Counted from the stretch's first letter, positions 38,410-48,241 are shown. The stretch: 64,000 nucleotides of DNA from an uncultured Gammaproteobacteria bacterium (GCA_964535515.1 CAZHTA010000001.1:49707-113706), one strand, 5' to 3'. Numbers and translations: made by a program. The notes: generated by a model not told the origin, from the letters alone.

Positions 38410-40623
38410 TTAATTACGATGACCACCAAAACCTCCACGACCACCACCGCTTGGACGTCGATCATTGCTACGTTCTGGACGTGGCTGCTCAACGTATCCT
38501 TCTGGCTTAGGGGTAAGAAGTTTCATGCTCAAGTTTACCCGGCCTAAATTGTCAACTTCCTTAACTTGTACCTTTACCTTGTCACCCAACTTCATCACAT
38601 CACTTGGTTTGTTGGTTCGCCCCCAAGCAATATCACTGACATGTACCATACCATCTTTACCAGGTAAAATTTCTACAAAAGCACCAAAATCCTCTAAACG
38701 AGTAACCGTGCCTTCGAATACTTCACCTGCTAATGGCTCGCGAGTTAAATCATTAACCCACTTGATTGCCTTCTCCATTTGAGCGGCATCATTAGAGGTA
38801 ACAAATACTCGACCATCTTGTTCAATATCAATTGATACACCCGTCTCAGCAATGATCTTGTTAATCATCTTTCCACCTGGACCAATAACATCTCTAATCT
38901 TGTCTGGGTTGATATTGATAACAACAATACGTGGTGCATACTTTGATAATTCTGCTCGGTGAGTTGGCATGACTTTAGCCATTGCTTCCAAGATCTCTAA
39001 ACGAGCAGTGCGTGAGCGGCCAAAAGTGCTCTCCACGATTTCCCAAGACAAACCATCAGTCTTAGTGTCCATTTGGATTACGGTAATACCATCTTTGGTA
39101 CCAGTAATTTTAAAATCCATTCCACCAGGTCCGTCTTCTACATCTTGCAAGTCAGTTAAAATTTCATAACGACCATTTGGTTCACTTGCCAAACCCATCG
39201 CAATACCAGCGACTGCTTTCTTTAAAGGTACGCCGGCATCCATTAACGCTAACGAAGATCCACAAGTTGAAGCCATCGAACTAGAACCATTTGAACCAAG
39301 CACTTCTGATACTACACGGATAGTGTAAGGGAAATCAGTCTCAGTAGGTAAAACTGGCTCTAAGGCCTTCTCAGCAATTGCTCCATGACCGATTGCACGG
39401 TTCCCTGGACCACGTAATGGCCCAACCTCACCGTAAGTGGCGGGGGTGTCATTGTAGTGGTGCATATAGCGTTTTGTGCCTTCCTCTTCCATTGAATCTA
39501 GGGTCTGCACATCACCAGGAGCACCAAGGGTAACTATTGATAACACTTGAGTATCGCCACGCATAAACATACCAGAACCGTGCACGCGTGGTAAAAGGGC
39601 AGTTTCAACTTCCAAGTTACGCACTTCGTCTAAACGACGTCCATCTAGACGTTGCTTTTTATCTAAAATTCTTTTAGTGATAAATTTTTCCACATAAATT
39701 TTCATGCGGCTTAAAATTATCTTCTGTACTGCAGCGTCAGTTTCCTTGCTTACCATCATTTCTTTTACAGCATCAGTAAATCTATCAACCATTACTACAC
39801 GTTCAGCACGACTAACTTTTGGGGAATCAAACATCCAATCTTCTGCCTTGTCAGCGATAAAATTCTCAACATCTTTCTCCCATGAATTAATTGCTACTTC
39901 CAAATCACTTTTTAGTAATTCTTCCAAATCCATTTTTGTCTGACCAACCTCGCTTTGGATTTTAGTAATAAAATCCAAAACTGGTTGTAGGCTATCCGCA
40001 CCAAATTTCATGGCAGTGATAACATCAGCTTCAGAAATATCTTTACAAGCTGCTTCTACCATCACTACTTTTTGAGGACTACCTGCTACAACGATATCAA
40101 AATCACTCTGAGCACGTTCTAATAAACTTGGGTTTAAAATCAACTTACCGTCAATTCTACCAACACGAGCACCAACTAAATTTCCTTTCCAAGGAATAGA
40201 AGAAATTGTTAAAGACAATGCCGCTGCTACCAAAGCTGGTACCTGCGGATCGTTTTCCATATCATATGATAGTGCGGTTAAGATAACCTGCACATCATTG
40301 CGCATACGTTCGTCAAACAACGGACGAATTGAACGATCAACTAAACGACCGGACAAAACTGCGTCCTCGGTTGGACGGCCTTCACGTTTGATAAACCGAC
40401 TACCTTTGATCTTCCCAGCAGCGTATAACTTTTCTTCAAAGTTAACCATGAGTGGGAAGTAATCAATCCCATCACGAGTTTGGCGACTCATATTGGCAGT
40501 TGCCAAAATAACAGTATCACCATAGCGTACCACACAAGAAGAATTGGTCTGAAGGGCCAATTTTCCTATTTCCACAGACAAGGTTCTTCCACCCCATTCC
40601 ATGGACCAATTTTTGACATTCAT
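38410..40623 (-). CDS. pnp: polyribonucleotide nucleotidyltransferase (PNPase)
   Basis: Two RNase PH domains, KH and S1 domains, GR-rich C-terminus. Start moved to the internal ATG (MNVKNWSMEW). Confidence 0.93.
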   Translation of the reverse strand: MNVKNWSMEWGGRTLSVEIGKLALQTNSSCVVRYGDTVILATANMSRQTRDGIDYFPLMVNFEEKLYAAGKIKGSRFIKREGRPTEDAVLSGRLVDRSIRPLFDERMRNDVQVILTALSYDMENDPQVPALVAAALSLTISSIPWKGNLVGARVGRIDGKLILNPSLLERAQSDFDIVVAGSPQKVVMVEAACKDISEADVITAMKFGADSLQPVLDFITKIQSEVGQTKMDLEELLKSDLEVAINSWEKDVENFIADKAEDWMFDSPKVSRAERVVMVDRFTDAVKEMMVSKETDAAVQKIILSRMKIYVEKFITKRILDKKQRLDGRRLDEVRNLEVETALLPRVHGSGMFMRGDTQVLSIVTLGAPGDVQTLDSMEEEGTKRYMHHYNDTPATYGEVGPLRGPGNRAIGHGAIAEKALEPVLPTETDFPYTIRVVSEVLGSNGSSSMASTCGSSLALMDAGVPLKKAVAGIAMGLASEPNGRYEILTDLQDVEDGPGGMDFKITGTKDGITVIQMDTKTDGLSWEIVESTFGRSRTARLEILEAMAKVMPTHRAELSKYAPRIVVININPDKIRDVIGPGGKMINKIIAETGVSIDIEQDGRVFVTSNDAAQMEKAIKWVNDLTREPLAGEVFEGTVTRLEDFGAFVEILPGKDGMVHVSDIAWGRTNKPSDVMKLGDKVKVQVKEVDNLGRVNLSMKLLTPKPEGYVEQPRPERSNDRRPSGGGRGGFGGHRN

Positions 40624-40744
40624 AAATGTCCTTTCCTGAAGATGATTCACGCGCACAAGACCAGATAAGTGGTCTCTTTGTCCGTAAACCATCTTCTTAA
40701 GAATAAAATGCTAAACTCTTTTAAAAAAGTTTAACGATCTAGTC

Positions 40745-41335
40745 TTAAAATTTCTTTACTCGTTGTACCGGTGGACGAACAGCAGGACGTGCTGTTGGTG
40801 GACGACGATCAGAAATCAAAAATTTGTTTTTCTCTTCAGCCAAATCAATAAAATCATCCACTGCTTCCTTTAGACGAGCCGAGGCAGTCCTACCAAAAGC
40901 TAAAACTTCTACTTGCTTACCTTGGTTAAACTTCAAATATTCTACCAATGGCAAATAATCGCCATCGCCAGTGACTAAAATGATTGCATCCAAACTAGCA
41001 GACAATCGAATAGCATCAACAGTTAAACCAACATCCCAATCCGCCTTTTTCTCACCACCGTAAAAGATTTGCAATGGTCGTTCTTTAGTTTCAATGCCTA
41101 GGTTATACAAAGCATCAAAAAATGGTTGTTCCTCTTTACCTTCGGTACGCACAACATAGGCAATAGCGCGAATAAGCTTGCGGCCAGCAATTGCTTCTTT
41201 AACAATGTTACCAAAATCAACTTTAGCACCATACAGATTTTTGGCGCTATAGTACATATTTTGTACATCAATAAACACCCCGACGCGTTGTTCAGGGTGT
41301 TTTAACGGATGATGTGTTTTATTCTTTAATTCCAT
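40745..41335 (-). CDS. NYN-domain (LabA-like, PIN-fold) protein
   Basis: VGVFIDVQNMYYS...DWDVGLTVDAI...ILVTGDGDYLPLV. Confidence 0.7.
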   Translation of the reverse strand: MELKNKTHHPLKHPEQRVGVFIDVQNMYYSAKNLYGAKVDFGNIVKEAIAGRKLIRAIAYVVRTEGKEEQPFFDALYNLGIETKERPLQIFYGGEKKADWDVGLTVDAIRLSASLDAIILVTGDGDYLPLVEYLKFNQGKQVEVLAFGRTASARLKEAVDDFIDLAEEKNKFLISDRRPPTARPAVRPPVQRVKKF

Positions 41336-41687
41336 CTTTTTCCTCCACTATGTCAACCTCTTCTAAATCTTCAATTTCTGCTACTTCCTTACCAGAAGAA
41401 TCTAATTTGGTAATTGAACGAGGTTGTTTGATTTTTAATTTTTTGGCGATAATATCGTAGCTTTCTGGGTTATCTTTCTTTAAATAACGCATTAAACGAC
41501 GACGAGTACTAACCTTACGAAGTAAACCACGACGAGAAGAATGATCTTTGTGGTGGCCTTTCAAGTGTTCAATCAATTCCTCGATTTCAGCGGTCAAAAT
41601 AGCGATTTGGACCTCACTGGAACCAGTATCCCCAGTATGGGTCTGGAACTTCTTGATAACTTGCTGTTTCTTTTTTACGTCTAACAT
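41319..41687 (-). CDS. rpsO: 30S ribosomal protein S15 with about 40-aa acidic C-terminal extension
   Basis: S15 core SEVQIAILTAEIEELIEHLKGHHKDHSSRRGLLRKVSTRRRLMRYLKK, then an E/D-rich tail. TTGACA-17-TATATT promoter on the minus strand at about 41775-41810. Confidence 0.88.
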   Translation of the reverse strand: MLDVKKKQQVIKKFQTHTGDTGSSEVQIAILTAEIEELIEHLKGHHKDHSSRRGLLRKVSTRRRLMRYLKKDNPESYDIIAKKLKIKQPRSITKLDSSGKEVAEIEDLEEVDIVEEKDGIKE

Positions 41688-41840
41688 ACATGCAATAACA
41701 TTAGCCGAGCGCATCCCGGGCATGTCCGGAAGGGTTCGACCCCGATCAAGTCGGGAATAATTATGGGTATAATATAGCGGAAAATGGGAAATGTGTCAAT
41801 GGGCCTATCCGTTATTAAACACACCTATTTTATTATTAAC

Positions 41841-42461
41841 TTAATTCCACATACACCACGGCAAAGCTATGCACGGACCTTCAGTCCCCATACTTGCACA
41901 CATACTAGAGAAATTCTCTAGCTGGCCAGTACACTTAAAGGCTGGGGCAACGGCCATCCCGTTCCATTCACATGCCGAACTCAAACATTCTGCCTGAAGC
42001 TTAGGGTTGCAAATAGTACTCACGCTAGTACCTGGTTTTATAGTACAAGTGTTAGCGGTTGGCACACCAGGATTAATACCCGAATTAACCTCTTCCGTCA
42101 CCTTCCCTGCCCCCACCTTCCCTAACACAAAATTCGTAATCGCATAAGCCATAGAAATGACTGCCAAACCGATAATTGCGGCTTCTAGTATGTTTTTGGC
42201 TTTGGTTACGTGTTCTTCATTGCCTTGGGCAGTCATCCAACGAATACCGGCGTATAGAACCAGAATAAAAAAGACAAAATAAACCAAATACAACGCCGTA
42301 TTGATAATTGTGGTTGTTACAGACTCTGGCGTATCATTTTTGCTATAGCTTGTCTTGCTAACAGTCTCATCTAATCCATACTGCGCCTTAACCGGTGTTA
42401 ATCCAAACAAAAAAACCGCTAACAAAAATACGGGCAAAAGTAATAAAAGATATTTATTCAT
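41841..42461 (-). CDS. secreted two-helix VirB2/TrbC-like (T4SS-pilin-like) family protein, paralog 1 (Cys-rich C-terminal domain)
   Basis: Signal peptide MNKYLLLLLPVFLLAVFLFG. Conserved hairpin LYAGIRWMTAQGNEEHVTKAKNILEAAIIGLAVISMAYAITNFV, shared with 8 paralogs at 44036-48910. Confidence 0.55.
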   Translation of the reverse strand: MNKYLLLLLPVFLLAVFLFGLTPVKAQYGLDETVSKTSYSKNDTPESVTTTIINTALYLVYFVFFILVLYAGIRWMTAQGNEEHVTKAKNILEAAIIGLAVISMAYAITNFVLGKVGAGKVTEEVNSGINPGVPTANTCTIKPGTSVSTICNPKLQAECLSSACEWNGMAVAPAFKCTGQLENFSSMCASMGTEGPCIALPWCMWN

Positions 42462-42557
42462 AATTAAATATTTACCCTTAAATAATACCATAACTTGATT
42501 TTTTTTACAAAACATACTATTATATTGACACTTACCCCAAATGGATATTGAATATTT

Positions 42558-42629
42558 GCCCTCATAGTTTAATGGATAAAACACGACCCTTCTAAGGTTG
42601 AGTTGTATGTTCGATTCCTGCTGGGGGCA
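42558..42629 (+). tRNA. tRNA-Arg (anticodon TCT), one T-stem mismatch (coordinates +/-1)
   Basis: gccctca-ta-gttt-aatggata-aaac-a-cgacc-cttctaa-ggttg-agttg-gtatg-ttcgatt-cctgc-tgggggc-a. Acceptor contains a G-U pair. Confidence 0.6.
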
Positions 42630-42690
42630 CGGGTAGTTGAAAAATTATATATATTAAGATATAATCTCAACTAAGATAAAGTCCTGGTAG

Positions 42691-42768
42691 GGGTGTCCTT
42701 GGTATAACGGTTATTACGTCGGTTTGTGGAACCGACAACACGGGTTCGACTCCCGTAGGACACCCCCA
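42691..42768 (+). tRNA. tRNA-His (anticodon GTG) with encoded G-1 and CCA
   Basis: g-ggtgtcc...gtcggt-ttgtgga-accgac...cgggttcgactcccg-ggacacc-c-cca. Confidence 0.85.
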
Positions 42769-42783
42769 CCCGGATTTTTTAAA

Positions 42784-42814
42784 AGACCTCGATTTTATTC
42801 GAGGTCTTTTGTTT
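42784..42814. terminator. terminator hairpin, near-identical copy of the rpoC terminator
   Basis: aaaagacctcgattttattcgaggtctttt versus aaaagaccccgattttttcgaggtctttt at 3497-3527. Overlaps the last codons of the glycosyltransferase gene. Confidence 0.55.
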
Positions 42815-43931
42815 TTAATATTTTCTGTAATATTTCTTCCACACCATTTCCAAATGATAATAGCTTTATTCTTTCTAATATTTTTATATACCCCTCTTCA
42901 TCAGAAAAAAAACTACTTACTGTTTGTGATAACCGCCAAATCCTTGGTTCATACTTGCCATACTTGTTGTCCACCACAAAATCACGATTGCCTTTCTCCT
43001 GTCCCCAGATATAGCTAGTTAAAATTATTGGACGACCAATAATTAAAGATTCAAAAACTACTGCCGGTCCCGCTTTGCCTACCACCAAATCTGCTGCCTC
43101 CATTAATTCTTCCACGTTCTCTGCAAAACCAACAACTGATAATATTTTACTTGGGTAACTGCTTCGTAAACGACTCGCTTGTTCAAAAAATTTCTGCTCT
43201 CGCCCACAAACGACAATTAAACAAAAGTCGTCAGACAAATCTACTAGTGAACGAACAACCTCTCCTCCTTTATACATTCCATCACCACCACCAGCCACTA
43301 AGACTATCTTTTTATCAAGCGGCAAACCTAACTTTCTCCGCATCTCCATCTTGTCCGATACACGCGTCTGCAAAAACTTTTTGTTTATCAACGGTGCTGT
43401 CACGAAAACATTCTTTTCTCCAACACCCTGCTCGAGGGCTATCTTTTTTGCTAATTCGGAAAAAACAAAATATTTAATCTCTTTTTCAAAAAACCAAACT
43501 CGTGGTACAGAAAAAGGATCAGTTACAACCGACCACACTTCTGTCTGTGGACTTACCTTTCTAACAGCCGTTAAAAGTGGCGGGGTAATAAAAAAATACA
43601 ACGAAATTACAATGTCAAATTTGCCCTCTTTTACTAGGCTATCCATGTGCTTTTGATTGCGAAACATGTTCACAAACAAATACATTGCCCAAGAATATTG
43701 CGAGATCCAATAAAACATCCACCACAGTAATATGAAATGATTGCTGTTAATCCACAACGCATACCCCTTGTGTAACAACCATTTAGACAACCTATTACTC
43801 TCAGCTCCAGCATCAACTAAAACAGACTGAGCTAACCCAGAATATTTTTCTTCTATCTCTTTGGCTAACGCTTTAGCAGCACCACTGTGCCCACCACCAG
43901 CATTAACGTAAAATATACCTATCTTTTTCAT
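42795..43931 (-). CDS. GT28-family diacylglycerol glycosyltransferase (MGDG synthase/UgtP-like)
   Basis: N-terminal KKIGIFYVNAGGGHSGAAKAL and C-terminal MurG-like domain. Confidence 0.7.
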   Translation of the reverse strand: MKKIGIFYVNAGGGHSGAAKALAKEIEEKYSGLAQSVLVDAGAESNRLSKWLLHKGYALWINSNHFILLWWMFYWISQYSWAMYLFVNMFRNQKHMDSLVKEGKFDIVISLYFFITPPLLTAVRKVSPQTEVWSVVTDPFSVPRVWFFEKEIKYFVFSELAKKIALEQGVGEKNVFVTAPLINKKFLQTRVSDKMEMRRKLGLPLDKKIVLVAGGGDGMYKGGEVVRSLVDLSDDFCLIVVCGREQKFFEQASRLRSSYPSKILSVVGFAENVEELMEAADLVVGKAGPAVVFESLIIGRPIILTSYIWGQEKGNRDFVVDNKYGKYEPRIWRLSQTVSSFFSDEEGYIKILERIKLLSFGNGVEEILQKILKTKDLE

Positions 43932-44035
43932 AATCGAAACAAACGAAAGAAATGAAAAAAATGATTATTCATTCCCAAACAAGTAAAAACTATATATTTC
44001 AAAACTCTCCTTTTCTAAGGAGAGTCTAACGATGA

Positions 44036-44500
44036 TTAAGGACAAGATAAACCATGACATTCAATCGTGCCACGTTGTTCTATATACTGAATATTTTCAT
44101 AATCAGTCCACCGGCCAAATACGATCTTTGCTACCATTAAAGTAATAGAATAAGCAGAAACAATAATTGCCAGACCAATAGTTGCTTGAAATAACAAAGT
44201 TTTTGATTTAGTTACCTTTTCTTCATTACCACCAGCCGTCATCCACAAAAATCCAGCATACAATGTTAAGACAATAAATATTATACCAATAAACTCTAAC
44301 GCTGTCCGAATAATATTAACAACAGTTACACGTGGATCTTGAGCTTCACCAAACCCTGCCCCTTTTTCTCCAGCAGCTGCCTGCAGCTGCTCAGCAATCT
44401 GAGCTTGAGTACTGCTTGCCGCAGCATTTACCAAAGAAAACGACAAAGCACTTCCCAAAAAGACCAAAGATATAAACAAAAAAACAAAAACCTTTTTCAT
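44036..44500 (-). CDS. VirB2/TrbC-like family paralog 2
   Basis: Signal peptide MKKVFVFLFISLVFLGSALS. Hairpin LYAGFLWMTAGGNEEKVTKSKTLLFQATIGLAIIVSAYSITLMV. Start moved to the internal ATG. Confidence 0.55.
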   Translation of the reverse strand: MKKVFVFLFISLVFLGSALSFSLVNAAASSTQAQIAEQLQAAAGEKGAGFGEAQDPRVTVVNIIRTALEFIGIIFIVLTLYAGFLWMTAGGNEEKVTKSKTLLFQATIGLAIIVSAYSITLMVAKIVFGRWTDYENIQYIEQRGTIECHGLSCP

Positions 44501-44507
44501 AAAACAA

Positions 44508-45008
44508 TTACTTAAAACCATTTTTAAACTCCTGCCAGCCACTACTCCAACCCCGACCAAAACCATCCCAAAAGCCTGTATCACTAGAAGGTGTAGCAGC
44601 ACCAACTGCTGAGCCGCTACCCTGAGCTCCACCAACCGTATACACCACCACAAAAGCCGTAATACCATAAGCTGCTACGACTATTATCAAACCGATAACT
44701 GCCATCTTTAAAATATTTGTTGCCTTAGTAACTTGTTCTTCGTTACCACTAGCAGTCATCCACAAAAACCCAGCATAAACTGTTAGAGCTAAAAAAAGTG
44801 TACCAACCAGCGTCATCGCTATCTTGATAATTCCGCCAACTTTTTCTGACAAAGCAGTCCCGCTCTCGTCGCTCTTATCATACCCAGCCTGTGCCGCAAC
44901 CTTGCCGGTCAACTCATTAATATTTGGTGCTGCTAAAACTGGTACAGCTATCAAAAAAACAAAAAGCGAGAGAAGGGCAGAGGTGATAATTTTACTTTTT
45001 AATTTCAT
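44508..45008 (-). CDS. VirB2/TrbC-like family paralog 3 (Gly/Trp-rich tail)
   Basis: MKLKSKIITSALLSLFVFLIAVPVLA...VYAGFLWMTASGNEEQVTKATNILKMAVIGLIIVVAAYGITAFV. Confidence 0.55.
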   Translation of the reverse strand: MKLKSKIITSALLSLFVFLIAVPVLAAPNINELTGKVAAQAGYDKSDESGTALSEKVGGIIKIAMTLVGTLFLALTVYAGFLWMTASGNEEQVTKATNILKMAVIGLIIVVAAYGITAFVVVYTVGGAQGSGSAVGAATPSSDTGFWDGFGRGWSSGWQEFKNGFK

Positions 45009-45024
45009 AAATTTATTTACTAAC

Positions 45025-45459
45025 CTACAAACACTGCTTAATTGTTGTACTACAAGTTTGACCACCCGAACAATCTGATGTGGTCGCACATGTTGTTGGT
45101 CCTGTCCCACCACCTGCCAACCTACCTGTAACAAAACTAGTGATTGCATAAGCGGCCATGGTAATAACCAAACCAATAATTGCAGCAATAATAATATTCT
45201 TTGATTTGGTAACTTTTTCTTCATTGCCCTGAGCAGTCATCCAAAGAATACCAGCGTAGACAGTTAAAATTAAAAATATTGTACCAACTAAAGCCAATGC
45301 ACCAGAAATAATAGTACCAACCGAAGTCTCTAAACTAGCTTCTAAGCCGGTTTGTTTGCCAACTTCCCCTAATTTTGTTGCCGCACTGTTCCATTGTGCT
45401 GAAGCAGAAAAAGGTAATAGCAACAGACAAACCGAAAGGAGTAAAAATATTTTTTTCAT
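45025..45459 (-). CDS. VirB2/TrbC-like family paralog 4 (Cys-rich tail)
   Basis: MKKIFLLLSVCLLLLPFSASA...VYAGILWMTAQGNEEKVTKSKNIIIAAIIGLVITMAAYAITSFV...CATTSDCSGGQTCS. Confidence 0.6.
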   Translation of the reverse strand: MKKIFLLLSVCLLLLPFSASAQWNSAATKLGEVGKQTGLEASLETSVGTIISGALALVGTIFLILTVYAGILWMTAQGNEEKVTKSKNIIIAAIIGLVITMAAYAITSFVTGRLAGGGTGPTTCATTSDCSGGQTCSTTIKQCL

Positions 45460-45472
45460 AATTTATAAAATG

Positions 45473-46060
45473 TTATTTACAACAAACATTTAAATCACCG
45501 CCTGTACAAAGACTTAAAGCACATTTATCTGAATTATTAGAGCATGCAGTACGTTTAGTTGATGTCGTGGCATCAGCAGCAAATGGCGGCAAACCACAAC
45601 TACCAATATCTTTACAAGTAAAACCAGGTTTTGTTTTCGCACATGTCTCTGCCGTCACCTCTCCAGCCGGTGTACTGCTAGTTTTCGTTCCCAAACTAGT
45701 GAAAACAAAATTCGCAATCGCGTAAGCACCGCCCACCAAAACTAGACCAATAATTGCTCCTTCAATAATATTTTTTGCTTTAGTGACTTGTTCGGTATTG
45801 CCCATTGCTGTCATCCAAGTAAAACCAGCATATAAGATTAAAACAAAAAAGATAATACCGATAAAAGACAAGGCAATATTAATCACTACACCAATAACAG
45901 CCGCCGGTGTTCCCATTTTAGCAATTTTTGTATCTTTTAATCCCGCCTTATCCGCTGCTACTCCAGCACCATAAGTAGGATCTGCTGCTGCCAAAACAAA
46001 AATTGGAGACAACAAAATTAAGGCGAGAACAAACGCAATCAATATTTTTTTAATATACAT
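45473..46060 (-). CDS. VirB2/TrbC-like family paralog 5 (Cys-rich tail)
   Basis: MYIKKILIAFVLALILLSPIFVLAAA...LYAGFTWMTAMGNTEQVTKAKNIIEGAIIGLVLVGGAYAIANFV...8 Cys in the tail. Confidence 0.55.
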   Translation of the reverse strand: MYIKKILIAFVLALILLSPIFVLAAADPTYGAGVAADKAGLKDTKIAKMGTPAAVIGVVINIALSFIGIIFFVLILYAGFTWMTAMGNTEQVTKAKNIIEGAIIGLVLVGGAYAIANFVFTSLGTKTSSTPAGEVTAETCAKTKPGFTCKDIGSCGLPPFAADATTSTKRTACSNNSDKCALSLCTGGDLNVCCK

Positions 46061-46171
46061 ATTTATCTTATATATTGGACACTGGAAAAAATACCTTCTT
46101 TCCACTAGCCAATAAAACTTCTTCCAACAGGGGGTTGCGCGCGCGAACCCCCTGTAGAAAGATAAAAACTA

Positions 46172-46645
46172 TTATGGGTTAAGGGTAGCTGTAACCAACT
46201 GGGTAATAACAAAGCTAGCTAAAGCGTAAGCGGACAAGATAATAGCTAAACCGATAATACCAGAAAAAATCCATTTCTTTGCCTCTCCTACTTTTTCTTC
46301 GTTACCACCAGCGGTCATCCAAGTGAAACCACCAATCAAGATGATAACAACTGCTACGATACCAAGTAAGCTCATGGCTGTACGAATAATACTAGCGATA
46401 GTAGTACGCACATCCTTAGAACCTAAACCGGTGTCAGCACCATAGTAAAGACCTAAAGAAGTAGCACTAATATCATTATTAGTACTAGCGGCAGCGGTAC
46501 ATGCTACTGGAGGTGTGCCTTGCATTGTCCCAACGGCTGCACCGCCAGTACAAACCGCAGCGCTCACCATTGATGGACTCATAACAATACCTAAACCTGC
46601 CACCAACATTACACTCAAAACGATAGTCGATAAAATTTTCTGCAT
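46172..46645 (-). CDS. VirB2/TrbC-like family paralog 6 (variable domain N-terminal)
   Basis: AAGGGGG SD before ATG at 46645. IGGFTWMTAGGNEEKVGEAKKWIFSGIIGLAIILSAYALASFV. Confidence 0.55.
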   Translation of the reverse strand: MQKILSTIVLSVMLVAGLGIVMSPSMVSAAVCTGGAAVGTMQGTPPVACTAAASTNNDISATSLGLYYGADTGLGSKDVRTTIASIIRTAMSLLGIVAVVIILIGGFTWMTAGGNEEKVGEAKKWIFSGIIGLAIILSAYALASFVITQLVTATLNP

Positions 46646-46706
46646 ATATTCACCCCCTTTCTTTGTATCAAAATTTATACAATAATTATAACACACCGAT
46701 TATTTT

Positions 46707-47261
46707 TTATCCAGACAATCCTTTCAACACTGCTGTCAAAAGCAGATAACTAGACAACACCACTACTGCACCTAAAATTGCCCAAATAATCATGTTTGAA
46801 CCAGACTTAATTTTTTCCGGACTACCAGCAGCTGTCAACCAAGTAATTCCACCATAAACAATCATCAAAAGAACAAGAGCACCCATTATACCAGTGGCAG
46901 TTTTAATAGCATTGCCAATAATAGCATTCACATCTGTTACATTTCCCTCCAAAGGATTACTTAATTTTACTACATTGCCAGAATCAGTTGGGGCGCTGAC
47001 AGTAGAACTAGGAGCGACTCCTGGCACCTCTTCATTGCACGACTCCGGCAAAGCTTCCACTGGCCCACCACTAGTACAACCTTCTGGACAAACCGCTTCC
47101 ACTTCTGCTGCCGCACCAAAAGAAGCACATTTTTGACCATTAACTCGTTCAACTTCAGACAAAGAACTACCAGAACAATCACAAAAATAAATTGCAGCAA
47201 AAGTAGTCGCCGGAAAAAATACACACCCAACAATTAATAAATATAAAAATAATTTTTTCAT
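46707..47261 (-). CDS. VirB2/TrbC-like family paralog 7 (Cys-rich N-terminal domain)
   Basis: MKKLFLYLLIVGCVFFPATTFA...VYGGITWLTAAGSPEKIKSGSNMIIWAILGAVVVLSSYLLLTAV. Confidence 0.5.
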   Translation of the reverse strand: MKKLFLYLLIVGCVFFPATTFAAIYFCDCSGSSLSEVERVNGQKCASFGAAAEVEAVCPEGCTSGGPVEALPESCNEEVPGVAPSSTVSAPTDSGNVVKLSNPLEGNVTDVNAIIGNAIKTATGIMGALVLLMIVYGGITWLTAAGSPEKIKSGSNMIIWAILGAVVVLSSYLLLTAVLKGLSG

Positions 47262-47264
47262 ATA

Positions 47265-48236
47265 TTACCCAGCAAATTTAAAAAGAATAGTAACGATCGC
47301 ATAACTTGCCAAAACCACTATCACCCCAAGCGTGCTCCAGATAGCAATTTGCTTTGCCTTACCAACTCTTTCACTACTACCCGCCGAAGTCATCCAAAGC
47401 ACGCCGGCATAGACATAGAAAAGCAACAACAAAGACCCCATGGTAAACGTCATAGCGGCAATCATTCTGCCAATAAAATCGTTAACTCCCGCTGCGCCTG
47501 TTTTAAATTTCATTGGATTAAGTGTGCTAGCAGCTTCGGCCTTAAGTATTTTAGCAGTGTCAATAACTGGAGCGGTAGGTTTTTCTATTATCGACTCAGC
47601 ACTACTACAAGGCTTTATCCCGTTAGAAAAAAGATCAGCACAATTCCCAGCAAACTCTTTCCAACCACCCCACGAAGCGCTGACTGTTGAATTTGGATCG
47701 TCGCAAGTTAAAAAATCACCAAGATTGCTCCCGGCAGGAATTATCCCTGACTCAATCTGACCGAGAACTTCTGGACGAATAAAAGGAACATGTGGCGGGG
47801 CATCCTTACATGAGGCATCTGAGTTGTAACAACACGCATTTTTTTGCACAGCTTCTATTTGTTTTTTAACACCATTCGCACTCGCCTTACTAAGTTTAAC
47901 CAAAAAACCAGTACTATTATTTAATTGGTCTGCTTTAGCACAGTTTTCATCGTCGTTACCAACTGCCGCAGCATAAAATCCAGGTACATCAATACATTCT
48001 CCAGATTCTGAAGAATAGCCTCCTTTTAAATTATCCGAATAGATACCTGACTCTAAAGAACAATCCGCCGGTTGATTAGTTGTAATATTTAGACAGATTT
48101 CGCTTGGCTCATCACCTTCATAGTAAACACAACAAGCGCCAGCGGCGGCGGCATAATCATAATGAGAAACAAACAAATACCCAGATAAAAAAATTACAAA
48201 GAAAGACAAAAACTTAAAAGAAAAAAACTCACGCAT
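47265..48236 (-). CDS. VirB2/TrbC-like family paralog 8 (large Cys-rich N-terminal domain, 323 aa)
   Basis: About 16 Cys in the ectodomain, then VYAGVLWMTSAGSSERVGKAKQIAIWSTLGVIVVLASYAIVTILF. Confidence 0.5.
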   Translation of the reverse strand: MREFFSFKFLSFFVIFLSGYLFVSHYDYAAAAGACCVYYEGDEPSEICLNITTNQPADCSLESGIYSDNLKGGYSSESGECIDVPGFYAAAVGNDDENCAKADQLNNSTGFLVKLSKASANGVKKQIEAVQKNACCYNSDASCKDAPPHVPFIRPEVLGQIESGIIPAGSNLGDFLTCDDPNSTVSASWGGWKEFAGNCADLFSNGIKPCSSAESIIEKPTAPVIDTAKILKAEAASTLNPMKFKTGAAGVNDFIGRMIAAMTFTMGSLLLLFYVYAGVLWMTSAGSSERVGKAKQIAIWSTLGVIVVLASYAIVTILFKFAG

Positions 48237-48241
48237 ATATT

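Noticed and set aside
41841-42584. Extended 247-aa form of pilin-like paralog 1 (GTG start, MFYPLNYEGKYSISIWGKCQYNS...)
   Set aside because: The N-terminal 41 aa precede a canonical signal peptide (MNKYLLLLLPVFLLA). Other paralogs start at the signal peptide.
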